A program made the position numbers and the translations under genes. A stretch of 64,000 nucleotides of DNA, taken from IMG/VR virus record IMGVR_UViG_3300012984_000010; one strand, 5' to 3'. Positions within the stretch are counted from its first letter, which is position 1. Each line of letters starts with the position of its first letter. The DNA comes from a virus (lineage: Duplodnaviria; Caudoviricetes). Shown piece by piece: positions 35,849 to 44,964 of this stretch. The notes under the pieces were generated by a model. That model saw nothing but the letters and a program-made list of their open reading frames with translations, was not told the DNA's origin and did no database searches.

Positions 35849-36067
35849 CTACACCGCCTGAGAGGCGATTCTTGGGCAGTCGATCCCCTTATGAGGGCGT
35901 TCGTGGTGACAGCCGCAATCTTGGCAGCGGGGAGGCTCTTTGGCTTGCTCTGATAGCTTCTGTGAGATGGCCTGAGTACTAGCCCGAGTCTTACGGTTCG
36001 TGATGATGGTGTAGATGAGCGCAACTATCGTCAGAGCGTTAAGTGTCAGGCTGATGAGCTTTAGCAT
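35849..36067 (-). CDS. Small protein with N-terminal TM segment and C-terminal Cys motif
   Basis: Hydrophobic residues 4-23; CQDCGC..H...C. Confidence 0.6.
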   Translation of the reverse strand: MLKLISLTLNALTIVALIYTIITNRKTRASTQAISQKLSEQAKEPPRCQDCGCHHERPHKGIDCPRIASQAV

Positions 36068-36075
36068 TTGGGCAG

Positions 36076-36381
36076 TTACACCGGATTCGACCCGTCATTG
36101 GGGAACATACAGCAAGGGCAAGGCTGCCCTGTCACGTAGGGGAGCGGAGCTTGATGAGTGTCTTGGGCCGTCAGGTCGCATCTAGAATCGCAGCGCGGGT
36201 GTTGACAGTTAGGGCACTCTTCTGTCCGCGGTAGTCGCCTAAGCTCGGCCAGCAGCTCCTCACCATGCCGTACAGCCCAGCGATGCAGGTATTTGGGGTC
36301 CGGTAGATCTTCTTCCTCTGGATCGAAGTATCCTCGGAGCAGTTGTTCAAACTCAGTTAGTCGCTCGGTCGATAGGGGCAT
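36076..36381 (-). CDS. Hypothetical Cys-rich protein
   Basis: Class B motif 9 nt before ATG. Confidence 0.7.
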   Translation of the reverse strand: MPLSTERLTEFEQLLRGYFDPEEEDLPDPKYLHRWAVRHGEELLAELRRLPRTEECPNCQHPRCDSRCDLTAQDTHQAPLPYVTGQPCPCCMFPNDGSNPV

Positions 36382-36390
36382 CTGAGCCGA

Positions 36391-36407
36391 TACACCGAAG
36401 CGGTGTA
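36391..36407. promoter_or_regulatory. Divergent class B motif pair
   Basis: TACACC-N5-GGTGTA; 9 nt to ATG on both sides. Confidence 0.8.
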
Positions 36408-36416
36408 CAACCGGTC

Positions 36417-36938
36417 ATGTCGATCAGTGTTCGATGCTATCTTGTTGTCGGGTTCCTAGTCTACCCTAGAGATCTTTACACTTCTAGCCGAAGTGATGCC
36501 CCTATCTGTGCGAATGGTCATTCACGCCAAGACACAGTCTCGAAGTTCTGCCCTGAGGATGGGAAGAAGTTCGAGTGGGTGGAGACTCAATCACCCACAT
36601 CCACGATCCTTGACATAGGGCGTCGCCTCAAGTGGAAGCGGATGGACCAGGTGACCGATTGGCAAGATAAGGTCAATGACGAACTTGGCGGTTTGGTGGC
36701 AACCCCACAACCTGTATTTCACAATGTTGCCTGCGTGCAAGGTGGTGGAGGCTCCTCTGCTTTGGCCTTCGGAAAACAGATCGATCAGACCAGTCCAAAT
36801 GATCGCCTTGCTGATCCAGGGGGTTTCAGTTATGGGGATTTGAAGCCCATATTTGACGAGGTGCTGGCCTGCCGTGACGACCTAGGGTTCCCTTCAGACC
36901 GACAAGTCAAACTCTACATGTCGCTGTACTACGGGTGA
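36417..36938 (+). CDS. Hypothetical protein
   Basis: Class B motif; C..GH...KFCP.DG. Confidence 0.7.
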   Translation: MSISVRCYLVVGFLVYPRDLYTSSRSDAPICANGHSRQDTVSKFCPEDGKKFEWVETQSPTSTILDIGRRLKWKRMDQVTDWQDKVNDELGGLVATPQPVFHNVACVQGGGGSSALAFGKQIDQTSPNDRLADPGGFSYGDLKPIFDEVLACRDDLGFPSDRQVKLYMSLYYG

Positions 36939-37015
36939 TTTGATGCGCTGTTCTGAAGGATGGGGTGCCTTACAAGACCCCTAAATAGCTAGAACGCTTA
37001 TCAATCAGCCAGAAT

Positions 37016-37486
37016 ATGGCCCGAACCCTTAGCGATTGGTTGTCCGAGTCAGGATACCAACCTCCTGAAGGGACGCTCTTTTCAGTCAAATCAGCTTTGG
37101 AGCAGCCTATCGAGATCGGCCCCGTGTTGGATCCTTTGGAGGGGTTCTTCGCAAGAATGCCAGGGGACAGCCTTGAGGATCATCTGAAGTCGGCCGAGGT
37201 GATTCAGAAGCCCATCCCAGAGATGAGTGTGGTCGACATGTCCCGAGGCCTTCGGGAAGGAGTCTTCTCCAAAGACCTGGATTTAGAGCGAAAGGTCAGG
37301 GCCTATATTGAGCAGTGGCAGCGATTCAATGGAGCTGTCCTGTATGACCCTAGTTGTCATATCAACATTTGTCCTGTCGAACAGCAGTTTGCTGATCGCG
37401 ACACCATCAGCCCACATCAGTCAGGTAGCCTGCGAAGCGCCGATTCGTTCGACCTTGGTAACTTCCAGTGGGGACAACATCGTTAA
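37016..37486 (+). CDS. Hypothetical protein
   Basis: ORF. Confidence 0.65.
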   Translation: MARTLSDWLSESGYQPPEGTLFSVKSALEQPIEIGPVLDPLEGFFARMPGDSLEDHLKSAEVIQKPIPEMSVVDMSRGLREGVFSKDLDLERKVRAYIEQWQRFNGAVLYDPSCHINICPVEQQFADRDTISPHQSGSLRSADSFDLGNFQWGQHR

Positions 37487-37731
37487 AATTTGACTCTAGT
37501 CAGTTCAAGTCGCTCTAACCCCCAAGCTTCTCCAGGATCTATCACAGGGGAGCATCCTTTGGACGTCTTGGTGATGCTGACATGTTCAATCCCAGACATT
37601 GGCCTCCTCAAGATTCTCCTGGACATCAATAGAGCGTAGTCCAGTGAATGCGGTCCGTAGGAGTTCAATGGAAACTCATCATCGGCTCCGTAGCAATCAA
37701 CGAACCAGCTTCGGTCAATGGAGTCAGACAT
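37483..37731 (-). CDS. Hypothetical protein
   Basis: TGATG coupling gives start MSDSIDR at 37731. Confidence 0.6.
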   Translation of the reverse strand: MSDSIDRSWFVDCYGADDEFPLNSYGPHSLDYALLMSRRILRRPMSGIEHVSITKTSKGCSPVIDPGEAWGLERLELTRVKF

Positions 37732-38102
37732 CACGATCCTGCATATGAAGTGGGGCCGCCCACGCCCCGCCAAGGCTCAGAAGACAGTCGCTGTCCTTGA
37801 CGGTCAAATACCACCCAACGGTTCTTCCTACGGAAATGCAGGAACAAGGTCCAGACCGGTCCCCAAGGTAGCGTGATTCGGTGTGGGGTAGTGGCCTTGA
37901 GGTAGTTCAGAAACCGACGCCTAACTGGTTGTTGGCCCATCCGTTCCTCCAGATAGGATCCGAAGATCAAGGAACAGCCGTCCCAGGGGTGGGTGTGAAA
38001 GGTATCGGACTCATCATGGTGGATTCGATGTAGAAACAGTCCGAATCCAAATGCTTGGACCAAATAGTAGCGATCCAAATTATCCCGTCTGGAGACCTTC
38101 AC
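37731..38102 (-). CDS. Cupin-like protein
   Basis: FLHRI...D.FHTHPW...SLI.G.Y.EE, PHRI, VWTLFL. Confidence 0.7.
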   Translation of the reverse strand: MKVSRRDNLDRYYLVQAFGFGLFLHRIHHDESDTFHTHPWDGCSLIFGSYLEERMGQQPVRRRFLNYLKATTPHRITLPWGPVWTLFLHFRRKNRWVVFDRQGQRLSSEPWRGVGGPTSYAGS

Positions 38103-38112
38103 GTCCGATCAA

Positions 38113-38129
38113 TACACCGACCTGGTGTA
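38113..38129. promoter_or_regulatory. Divergent class B motif pair
   Basis: TACACC-N5-GGTGTA; 10 nt to GTG 38102(-), 9 nt to ATG 38139(+). Confidence 0.8.
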
Positions 38130-38138
38130 TTGCTTCCG

Positions 38139-38405
38139 ATGCGCAACCTCACACGAGCTCAGATGAAGCGGTTGGTTAGGTGCTTCCAGGTGGGGGATCT
38201 GGTGACGTGGGGTAGCAAGGTGTGTAGCCACCGGATTGTGGAAGTGAGCCCGAATGGGGTGTGGGTCGATGTGACGGGCGAGGACCGTGCTGAATACTGG
38301 GCCTCTCGCCACGTCGGTAACCGCTATCATCTGTTCGTCCGGTTCGACGGCAACAACCGAGATCGTTCGGGCCGGGGCCCCATCACTCTGGTGAGTCGAC
38401 CGTAG
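38139..38405 (+). CDS. Hypothetical protein
   Basis: Start revised to ATG 38139. Confidence 0.7.
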   Translation: MRNLTRAQMKRLVRCFQVGDLVTWGSKVCSHRIVEVSPNGVWVDVTGEDRAEYWASRHVGNRYHLFVRFDGNNRDRSGRGPITLVSRP

Positions 38406-38937
38406 ATTCGACAGTCAAAGGATAGAAGTGCTCTAAACCCGTTGTCAAATTCTCAACCTCCAATGAGGTGAGATGCACCGAGAACGTCCTAGGAACAGGC
38501 CTTGTGGAATCGAGATATTGGGTTGAGAACCGGAATCCATCCTCTTCACGTTTGATTGTGAAAAAGAAAAGGTACTCTCCTGCCAGATTCTTGGCTAAGA
38601 TTGTGAAAGCCAGTTTGCCGCCAACGAGCCAACGCTGACATAGATTCATTTTTCCAGTAGCATGAATTGTTGGGAAAATAGCCTTTGACAATTGAGCTCT
38701 TAGCCAATGACCCAACAGGCTAGCCTCCCGATCGGTCAGATGGGCGCAGCTGGAACCGCCAAGACCTCCCACGGACCAAAAAGAAACGAGATCTTCTCCA
38801 GGTTCCTTTGAGACTTCGAATCTCCACGTGTCTTTTCCGTGGGGAGAGTCCGACGTACGGACTCGAAAACTCAATGCCTCACATGCGGGTCGTAGGTACA
38901 CGTTGTCACACATGCGGTATGTTTCAGTGTTTGTCAT
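38383..38937 (-). CDS. Hypothetical protein
   Basis: ATGA overlap. Confidence 0.65.
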   Translation of the reverse strand: MTNTETYRMCDNVYLRPACEALSFRVRTSDSPHGKDTWRFEVSKEPGEDLVSFWSVGGLGGSSCAHLTDREASLLGHWLRAQLSKAIFPTIHATGKMNLCQRWLVGGKLAFTILAKNLAGEYLFFFTIKREEDGFRFSTQYLDSTRPVPRTFSVHLTSLEVENLTTGLEHFYPLTVESTVDSPE

Positions 38938-39245
38938 AACGAAAGTTCTTCCCTAGCTTGCTGGTCCCAGTGGGTGGGGGTGTGTTGATCGAACCACTCG
39001 AACTCAGCCAACTGACTGGACTCGAACTCGATCGCCACCTCGTAATAGGTCCCGAAGTCGTGGTGCTGGCTCAGCGTCCGGAATCTGGCCGCTGATTCTT
39101 TACCGAAGGCTTCTTGGTAGGCTCGCTTCAGCTGACCGATGAAGGCACGACACTCCGCCGTGGCTTTGACGCCGTAGCCTTCCTCGCCCAATTGAGTGCA
39201 ATCTTCTTCAGCAGGGACAGAACCTAGGATGAGCCGTTCGGACAT
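38934..39245 (-). CDS. Hypothetical protein
   Basis: Start revised to ATG 39245 (MSERLILG) using the class A promoter. Confidence 0.75.
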   Translation of the reverse strand: MSERLILGSVPAEEDCTQLGEEGYGVKATAECRAFIGQLKRAYQEAFGKESAARFRTLSQHHDFGTYYEVAIEFESSQLAEFEWFDQHTPTHWDQQAREELSL

Positions 39246-39251
39246 GTAGAC

Positions 39252-39279
39252 CCATACGACCAACACACCCTTGTCTTAA
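39252..39279 (-). promoter_or_regulatory. Class A promoter (variant)
   Basis: TTAAG-N15-TCGTATGG-N6-ATG(39245). Confidence 0.65.
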
Positions 39280-39366
39280 GACACATTTTTCCGGCCAACA
39301 GCACCCGCTCACGCGTTGATAGGATATGATTCCTCGTTGTTACCTAATCCCATTCGCCATCTTGCC

Positions 39367-39543
39367 CTACAGCATCCCCTGCTGGGTGAGCCGTGGATCG
39401 ACATCCCGATTGACGCCTGATCGGCTCTTCCGTCGCTGCATCAGCAAATGTACCAGCGGCACGATCACCAGCCCACCTGGCAGGATCAGCGCCAACACCA
39501 CACTAGCAAACGTTCTGAATCGCACCCAATAGTGTGGCGGCAT
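39367..39543 (-). CDS. Small membrane protein, 58 aa (not in ORF track)
   Basis: MPPHYWVRFRTFASVVLALILPGGLVIVPLVHLLMQRRK... Confidence 0.5.
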   Translation of the reverse strand: MPPHYWVRFRTFASVVLALILPGGLVIVPLVHLLMQRRKSRSGVNRDVDPRLTQQGML

Positions 39544-39569
39544 AAACGGAATGTGTCGAGCCGCTACAC

Positions 39570-39887
39570 TTACAAATTGAACGTTGTTTTAGCGGCATTG
39601 AGCCACTGTAGCTGTAGTTGTAGGTTCAGGTCTAACGTCACCAAATGGTCTTTAACCAGCCGCTCAGCCTCTACTAGGGTGGCGGTCCAAACCTTCAGGC
39701 TACCTAGCTCCGCCACCCAATAACAGATCTTCCGTTCTGTAGGATGGATGAAAGGGTCATCGTACTTGATGACTTGCAGCTGAGGTTCCTGAGGTAGCCC
39801 ACTGCTGTAGGCCGAGCAGCCATTCGGGCCAGTCATGTGGAGCGTCAGCTTCAGGGAGCCGCCCAAGAAGGTTAAGGTATCTGACAT
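39570..39887 (-). CDS. Hypothetical protein (weak member of the 'GRTL' paralog family)
   Basis: TLTFLGGSL...TATLVEAERLVKDHL. Confidence 0.65.
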   Translation of the reverse strand: MSDTLTFLGGSLKLTLHMTGPNGCSAYSSGLPQEPQLQVIKYDDPFIHPTERKICYWVAELGSLKVWTATLVEAERLVKDHLVTLDLNLQLQLQWLNAAKTTFNL

Positions 39888-40414
39888 TTTGTCTCACGCC
39901 AAGCGATCACACCAAACACCAACAGTACCGGCACACTGCCACAAATCACCTGTTCCGAATACCCTGCCATGGCTAGGCCCAATCCAATCAGGAAGACGGT
40001 GACCGTGATGACCGACAGAACCCATCTGGTGTCCCAGAGGGTAAGTTTGGGCGGTCTCGGAATGTTGTAGTTTCGTCTCAGATAGGCCGCAATGTCGGCC
40101 TCACGGTAACCAGCTCGACGCCCCACATAGATTGCCTCACGAGCGTCCTCACCGTTCCACCAAGAAGGGGCGTCTGAAGGCTTGAGTTGTGAGATTGAAG
40201 CCCCAACGTACCAAGTTTTGATGAAGGCTTCATCCCTAGTTAGTAGGTAGGGTTTGCGGGCCGGCACCATTCCTCCCAGAGGAGCCTGCTTCAAGAAGGC
40301 AGTTACAGCTCTGAGCTCCGACTCTACCGAATCATCAGTAACGACTTCCTCGATGCAGTCGAGAAACTGTTTGCCTCTTGGAAGTGATTGCCTGCGTTCA
40401 GGAGGGATGATCAT
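39872..40414 (-). CDS. Hypothetical protein with two C-terminal TM segments
   Basis: Hydrophobic C-terminus. Confidence 0.7.
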   Translation of the reverse strand: MIIPPERRQSLPRGKQFLDCIEEVVTDDSVESELRAVTAFLKQAPLGGMVPARKPYLLTRDEAFIKTWYVGASISQLKPSDAPSWWNGEDAREAIYVGRRAGYREADIAAYLRRNYNIPRPPKLTLWDTRWVLSVITVTVFLIGLGLAMAGYSEQVICGSVPVLLVFGVIAWRETKCQIP

Positions 40415-40814
40415 TTTCTGAAACCTTTGAGGCTGCCATCACTCGACTCAGAGATTCATCATTCGGAAATGCTGGGGGCTCTTTCAACCCTAAGGCCTTT
40501 CTCTCCTCAGTGGTGAGGCGGTTCCAAGCCTGCCATTGAAGGGTCAACCGCCTGGCTTCTTCCTCAGGAAGGTAGTCGCTGTTGAGCTGATGCCATTGAT
40601 CGTTGTAGACCAGGAGAGCTCTGTCTTGCCCGTTCGGGCGAAATGCACTCATCACACTGATGGCGCATTTAAGCTGATCTCCCAACGGCAAATCGGCCTG
40701 GAAATACCACACAGCCTGTTCGTGTGTGATGAACACTCCACGAATGTCGCCGTACTTGTTTCCTTGACGGTGGATGACGTGAACCTCAATCAACTCACCC
40801 TGCATCGGTTTCAT
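40398..40814 (-). CDS. Hypothetical protein
   Basis: Class B motif (40824-40829) 9 nt before ATG. Confidence 0.7.
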   Translation of the reverse strand: MKPMQGELIEVHVIHRQGNKYGDIRGVFITHEQAVWYFQADLPLGDQLKCAISVMSAFRPNGQDRALLVYNDQWHQLNSDYLPEEEARRLTLQWQAWNRLTTEERKALGLKEPPAFPNDESLSRVMAASKVSENDHPS

Positions 40815-40833
40815 CGAACTATCTACACCGCAT

Positions 40834-41115
40834 TCAGTCGAACGGATTATCTTGTATCCTGGCCGAGAAGCTAGGGTGGTAGTCGACCCACACCTGCACG
40901 GTCAGCGGCTGATCCCGACCTTCAACCCTAACCTGGTACTCAGCCGACCCGTGTTGGAACATCTCTGAATCGTTCTTGTAGTCTTGTTCGGCCTTCTGTT
41001 GAACCGCCGCAGTGAGTTGGAACCCTTGCCAGTCTGGATCACTGCAAGGTACTTCGAGCCACCCCTCAACCTCATCTTCCGATGCATTGAGCTTGTCCCA
41101 TATCTTGATTCGCAT
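40834..41115 (-). CDS. Hypothetical protein
   Basis: ATG 41115 (MRIKIWDK) avoids overlap with the divergent gene. Confidence 0.65.
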   Translation of the reverse strand: MRIKIWDKLNASEDEVEGWLEVPCSDPDWQGFQLTAAVQQKAEQDYKNDSEMFQHGSAEYQVRVEGRDQPLTVQVWVDYHPSFSARIQDNPFD

Positions 41116-41130
41116 TGGTGTAGGTCCTGA

Positions 41131-41403
41131 ATGATCAGATACTTGATGAGGTTCGAAGATGGTAGGCCGGTTCCAGGGAAGGTGTATAGTGTCCAGATAG
41201 GTAAGATGTACGGCTTCCAATCACGCCATACCGGATACCATGTGGGGGAGCTACAGTACAGCAAGACCCTCCAAGCCTATTTCCTAGACTGTGGTCGAGT
41301 TCATTTCTTCGCTTGGCACAATCCATTGGCTGGAGGGTGGTTGGCAGGAGCCATGTCTCACTGCAGACCTTCACTGACGTTAGGACAACCGAACGAAGGC
41401 TAG
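41131..41403 (+). CDS. Hypothetical protein
   Basis: Class B motif (41117-41122) 8 nt before ATG. Confidence 0.65.
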   Translation: MIRYLMRFEDGRPVPGKVYSVQIGKMYGFQSRHTGYHVGELQYSKTLQAYFLDCGRVHFFAWHNPLAGGWLAGAMSHCRPSLTLGQPNEG

Positions 41404-41765
41404 ATCAGCCTAGTTACTTCTGGGTCTCGATCGTACACCGGAAGCGCCCCCTCAGGCATCTGTTCGATTAGGAAGGTCTTGCGAGCGATACCCACGTAGT
41501 CCCTTCGGTATCTGAGAGGGAAGGCCATCGCCTGTGCCAACTTCCTTCGACCCTCTAGGGTCTTGAGGCGCCTAGCTATCAGTTCTTCTCTGACCCACCG
41601 GTCTACCTTGGGGAGTCTGCCGAACAACAGGAAGACAAGCACCAAGGGTAAGAGACGGAACAGATCCCTTCGTGAGAAGGTGTCGACCTTAACCGAGGGG
41701 GCCGACTGACGGGCTACGAAAGCTTGGACGATGCCCTCGATGGGGAAGTTGGATCTCGACAACAT
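41400..41765 (-). CDS. Twin-Arg/TM leader fused to an N-terminal segment of a major-capsid-like protein
   Basis: SRRDLF plus hydrophobic stretch, then TLEGRRKLAQAMAFPLRYRRDYVGIARKTFLIEQMPEGALPVYDRDPEV. Confidence 0.7.
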   Translation of the reverse strand: MLSRSNFPIEGIVQAFVARQSAPSVKVDTFSRRDLFRLLPLVLVFLLFGRLPKVDRWVREELIARRLKTLEGRRKLAQAMAFPLRYRRDYVGIARKTFLIEQMPEGALPVYDRDPEVTRLI

Positions 41766-41769
41766 AGGA

Positions 41770-42186
41770 TTACCAGTCCGGTTTCATCAATGCTTTGGCC
41801 AGTTCTTGCCGGCCTTTTACCGATCTGAGGGCACCTCGAAGCCATTCTTGCTGTGCGGGCGTGAACCCCAGTAGAGCCTTGCCTGATTTCAGACTATCAA
41901 GCTTGATGGTGCAATAGAGGTTGACTTCGTAAGAAGCCCTATTTGGCGAGTAGTATGTCTTGTAGGCGGACCAACCTATCGAACGGTTCCTAGGGTCATC
42001 TGCCGATAGGACGGTCGCCCCTGGATGTTGTTTGACGAAAGTCCGTATCTCCTTGAACACATGGCTGAGGTTACGGCAAGTTGGCAGGGCCTTCTCAGCC
42101 TTAGCTACCGATTCCCGTGGGGCCAGCAGAACCGAGATGAACGGGACACTGGCGAGTATCTTTAGAACAGAACGTCTTGTGGTCAT
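41770..42186 (-). CDS. Putative Tat-exported protein
   Basis: MTTRRSVLKILASVPFISVLLAPRESVAKA-EK (RR motif, h-region, AxA site). Confidence 0.7.
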   Translation of the reverse strand: MTTRRSVLKILASVPFISVLLAPRESVAKAEKALPTCRNLSHVFKEIRTFVKQHPGATVLSADDPRNRSIGWSAYKTYYSPNRASYEVNLYCTIKLDSLKSGKALLGFTPAQQEWLRGALRSVKGRQELAKALMKPDW

Positions 42187-42488
42187 CCGGTCCCCAACTG
42201 GTCCAATGCTTTGAATATCTTGTCGTCCTCAGCCGCTTGGGTCTCCAACCTGGCGACATGATTGCTTCGATCGAGCAACTGGTAACGCCTAGACTTGATA
42301 TCGGTCAAACGGATGGTCGGCATGCTATGAATCTCAAACAGTGGAAACACGACCTGCCGCGCTACCGGCATCCGGACTTTAGGCCTGGGAAGCCAGAGCT
42401 CTACCCAAGCACGGAATGCGGGTATCCCGCCCAGCAGGAGGGCGACAATCGCCAGGGGGAGTAGTTTGAGAAGCTGACGGCGAGACAT
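42183..42488 (-). CDS. Twin-Arg/TM leader fused to a central segment of a major-capsid-like protein
   Basis: MSRRQLLKLLPLAIVALLLGG, then VFPLFEIHSMPTIRLTDIKSRRYQLLDR...ETQAAEDDKIFKALD. Confidence 0.7.
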   Translation of the reverse strand: MSRRQLLKLLPLAIVALLLGGIPAFRAWVELWLPRPKVRMPVARQVVFPLFEIHSMPTIRLTDIKSRRYQLLDRSNHVARLETQAAEDDKIFKALDQLGTG

Positions 42489-42498
42489 CGATTAACTA

Positions 42499-42525
42499 TA
42501 CACCAAAAACCGTGCCAGTGGTGTA
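42499..42525. promoter_or_regulatory. Divergent class B motif pair
   Basis: TACACC (10 nt to ATG 42488, -) and GGTGTA (9 nt to ATG 42535, +). Confidence 0.75.
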
Positions 42526-42534
42526 TAGATCGGT

Positions 42535-42729
42535 ATGACCAAACAAGAATTGCTTGAAGCCGCCGCCCTGATCCTAGAACAGGAAGGTTGGGTGATCGAA
42601 CGTTTCGCCTACGAAAATTGCTCTAGCCGATTGAACCACCTTGCCAAACGTTACCGAGATTGGCAGAACCAGGTCAATCAAGCCAGAGCAGAAGGCCAAG
42701 AATGGCCCGTTCCTCCGGACAACAGCTAA
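42535..42729 (+). CDS. Hypothetical protein
   Basis: Class B motif 9 nt before ATG. Confidence 0.7.
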   Translation: MTKQELLEAAALILEQEGWVIERFAYENCSSRLNHLAKRYRDWQNQVNQARAEGQEWPVPPDNS

Positions 42730-43280
42730 GGGAATGGGTCCAGCAGATTGAAGTCTAGGTACATCAGATGGTACCGTTCCTCAGATGAGTACCTGACCAG
42801 TGTCTTCATCCCCAACAGGCTGACCCTAAGTCCTTCAGGCGAAGGTTCGATCAAGCCATTCTCCAGCAGAGTCTCTTGGGCCATCTCAAAGAGAATATGG
42901 GCTTTTTCCGCCGCCTCTTTGCTGACCATCCGACCTTGGTTTTCAATCATCAGGTCGAACAGTCTCCAGCTACCCCACTTCATCTGAACTCGGTGCCAGG
43001 TTGCCCCAATTGCTCGTTCACTGATGTTGGTCCGGCGGCTACCGTCCATAGCGTCCATCCAAATGCCGGCTCTGGGGTCGTAGCCGGTACATCGATACTG
43101 GACATCTTCAAACACTGCGTTGAACCGTTGTCCCAGCAAACTCTTGATCCATTCGCTGGGTTGGTACATTTCAGTGCCGGTGTAATCTACCCCATTAGGG
43201 TGATCGGAACACGGCTCTTTGGCCGATTCAGATTGGCAGTAACGACAATCTTTGGAGCGGCGGGGGATCTGGTTTTGCAT
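42726..43280 (-). CDS. Hypothetical protein, possible C-terminal winged helix
   Basis: Class A promoter 7 nt before ATG 43280; LLENGLIEPS..GLRVSLLG. Confidence 0.7.
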   Translation of the reverse strand: MQNQIPRRSKDCRYCQSESAKEPCSDHPNGVDYTGTEMYQPSEWIKSLLGQRFNAVFEDVQYRCTGYDPRAGIWMDAMDGSRRTNISERAIGATWHRVQMKWGSWRLFDLMIENQGRMVSKEAAEKAHILFEMAQETLLENGLIEPSPEGLRVSLLGMKTLVRYSSEERYHLMYLDFNLLDPFP

Positions 43281-43287
43281 CACCCAT

Positions 43288-43315
43288 TAGAACGGTCCGT
43301 CCAATCCTTAGTTAA
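43288..43315 (-). promoter_or_regulatory. Class A promoter
   Basis: TTAAC-N15-CCGTTCTA-N7-ATG(43280). Confidence 0.8.
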
Positions 43316-43563
43316 GACGTTCTTATAGTGCAGGCGTGGGGACCGGTCAGATACTGGTCACAACCAGAACAAGGTGTGTAGGTCCCTTTTCGTTGAGTCA
43401 ATACGGTCAGCTGATGAGTGGTGACGTCGTAGTGGAGGCCCAAATCCTTCATCAGAAGGTTTTGGATCACGTCCCCCAAAGAGGATTCGTCAATCGTCAG
43501 CTGCTCAGAACGCTGGGAAGCGTCTTCCAGATTCACAATATTGATCAGCATGCGTCCTCTCAT
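43312..43563 (-). CDS. Hypothetical protein
   Basis: TAATG coupling; C-terminal CSGC...H.C. Confidence 0.6.
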   Translation of the reverse strand: MRGRMLINIVNLEDASQRSEQLTIDESSLGDVIQNLLMKDLGLHYDVTTHQLTVLTQRKGTYTPCSGCDQYLTGPHACTIRTS

Positions 43564-43781
43564 TATAGGCCTATATCTTGCAATAAGGCTTGGTAGCTGC
43601 TGAGGCGTTCGGAGGTGTCCTCACCCTTCACCGTCTGGGTGAGGAGCTCAACCTTTATTGTGGTGGGCCCGGTGACGTTTTGGAGCGTGATCGTCAGATT
43701 ATCCCCCATCTGCGTCAGCATGACAGGATCATGTACCCTTGTCCCTAAACCATCCGGCGTGGTGACCTGGATCTTGACCAT
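43563..43781 (-). CDS. Hypothetical protein with C-terminal SSYxxLL tag
   Basis: Ends ERLSSYQALLQDIGL; class B motif (43792-43797) 10 nt before ATG. Confidence 0.7.
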   Translation of the reverse strand: MVKIQVTTPDGLGTRVHDPVMLTQMGDNLTITLQNVTGPTTIKVELLTQTVKGEDTSERLSSYQALLQDIGL

Positions 43782-43799
43782 TCAGTAGATCTACACCAC

Positions 43800-44066
43800 C
43801 TACTCGACGAACTTAGGTAAACTCTGAAGCGCCTCCTGAAGGCCTTTTGTTGAGAGGGAACGGGTCAGCATTGCTGCCGCATCCTTCCCATCTTTGATGA
43901 CCGTGGTCCAACCGCCCAAAATAGGGTGGCGCAATTGGACCACGTATTGGTCAGACTCAGCCAAACATCGCAGGCGGAAAACCCCCACCGTCAACTCCCA
44001 AACGGTCTTGCGAGCAACTTCCTGCCGGCCCTTCACTCGGGCCTGGACGTCCTTGTCCTGGCTCAT
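43800..44066 (-). CDS. Hypothetical protein
   Basis: TGATG coupling. Confidence 0.65.
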   Translation of the reverse strand: MSQDKDVQARVKGRQEVARKTVWELTVGVFRLRCLAESDQYVVQLRHPILGGWTTVIKDGKDAAAMLTRSLSTKGLQEALQSLPKFVE

Positions 44067-44431
44067 CAGAGGTCGAAGGTTCGGCAGCCGTACAGCTCAT
44101 AGAGTGCTTGCTCGGCTGGTGAATTGGGTTCCACCACCAGCACATTGTTGAGCTGATGACGGATGCGTCGGAGCTTCTCGGAATACCAATTGCACCAGAC
44201 CTTGATCTCGTACGGCGGCTCAACGAGATCGGCTGCGATCCGTTCGGCCTTGTCCTGATCTGGACCGCTGTAGACGATGAAATCCTGGGATGTGTAGGAG
44301 GCGGTGTCCCGAGTGTTGACGTCGAGATTGAGCACCACCCGATGGTTACCTTTTTGCCGGCCCAGGGCGGTATTTTGGCTTGGGAGAGTCTCGACCTTTG
44401 TTTTGACTTTTGTTCCGATCGTCTTGTCCAT
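44066..44431 (-). CDS. Hypothetical protein
   Basis: Start revised to ATG 44431 (MDKTIG) using the class A promoter. Confidence 0.7.
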   Translation of the reverse strand: MDKTIGTKVKTKVETLPSQNTALGRQKGNHRVVLNLDVNTRDTASYTSQDFIVYSGPDQDKAERIAADLVEPPYEIKVWCNWYSEKLRRIRHQLNNVLVVEPNSPAEQALYELYGCRTFDL

Positions 44432-44436
44432 GCCTA

Positions 44437-44464
44437 CCAAACGGCCGGCGAGGATCGGGGTTAA
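44437..44464 (-). promoter_or_regulatory. Class A promoter (variant)
   Basis: TTAAC-N15-CCGTTTGG-N5-ATG(44431). Confidence 0.65.
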
Positions 44465-44467
44465 GAT

Positions 44468-44662
44468 CTATAGATTAAGATCTTCGAGCAAGGCTTCGTA
44501 ACGAGACTTTCTGACGGGAGCTGGCAACCTCACGACGATTGTGTGTGGGTGCTGCATCAAAGCTCCGTGCCGGTTAGGAGGGTCTCCTCTCCTTCGGCTT
44601 TGAAGCCAGGCCTGCTCCCTCTGATGTTCGAATTCCATCAGATCGATCATATTGAACGGCAT
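44468..44662 (-). CDS. Small protein with C-terminal SRYxxLL tag
   Basis: Ends LPAPVRKSRYEALLEDLNL. Confidence 0.7.
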   Translation of the reverse strand: MPFNMIDLMEFEHQREQAWLQSRRRGDPPNRHGALMQHPHTIVVRLPAPVRKSRYEALLEDLNL

Positions 44663-44964
44663 CAGCGGCCCTGCAACCCAAGCTCAGAAAGGATCGTCTG
44701 ACAATATTGAATCTGCTGATCCAACACATCCTTCAACCCTTTCTCGACTCCTTCCAACGAGTCCGCTTGAGCCATGTAGGTCGTCCGATCCCCTATACGA
44801 GTGTACAGGAGCCAACGATCTTTGTCAGGATCCAAAGTACCGGCTGGGTAATGCCACACTCCGATAAATGGACCGTAGGGGTCTTTAGATTGGTACACAT
44901 CTAGATGTGTGTGCTGCTCAGTCAACGGAAGCGTGCGGCCCAGTACTTGGAGGGTTTTCATCAT
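44662..44964 (-). CDS. Hypothetical protein ('GRTL' paralog family)
   Basis: LQVLGRTL...ADSLEGVEKGLKDVL...ILSELGL. Confidence 0.7.
   Translation of the reverse strand: MMKTLQVLGRTLPLTEQHTHLDVYQSKDPYGPFIGVWHYPAGTLDPDKDRWLLYTRIGDRTTYMAQADSLEGVEKGLKDVLDQQIQYCQTILSELGLQGR

Noticed and set aside
36981-37015. Possible class A promoter on - (GCGTTCTA at about 36990)
   Set aside because: No TTAA box at the 15-nt spacing and no downstream start or structured RNA.
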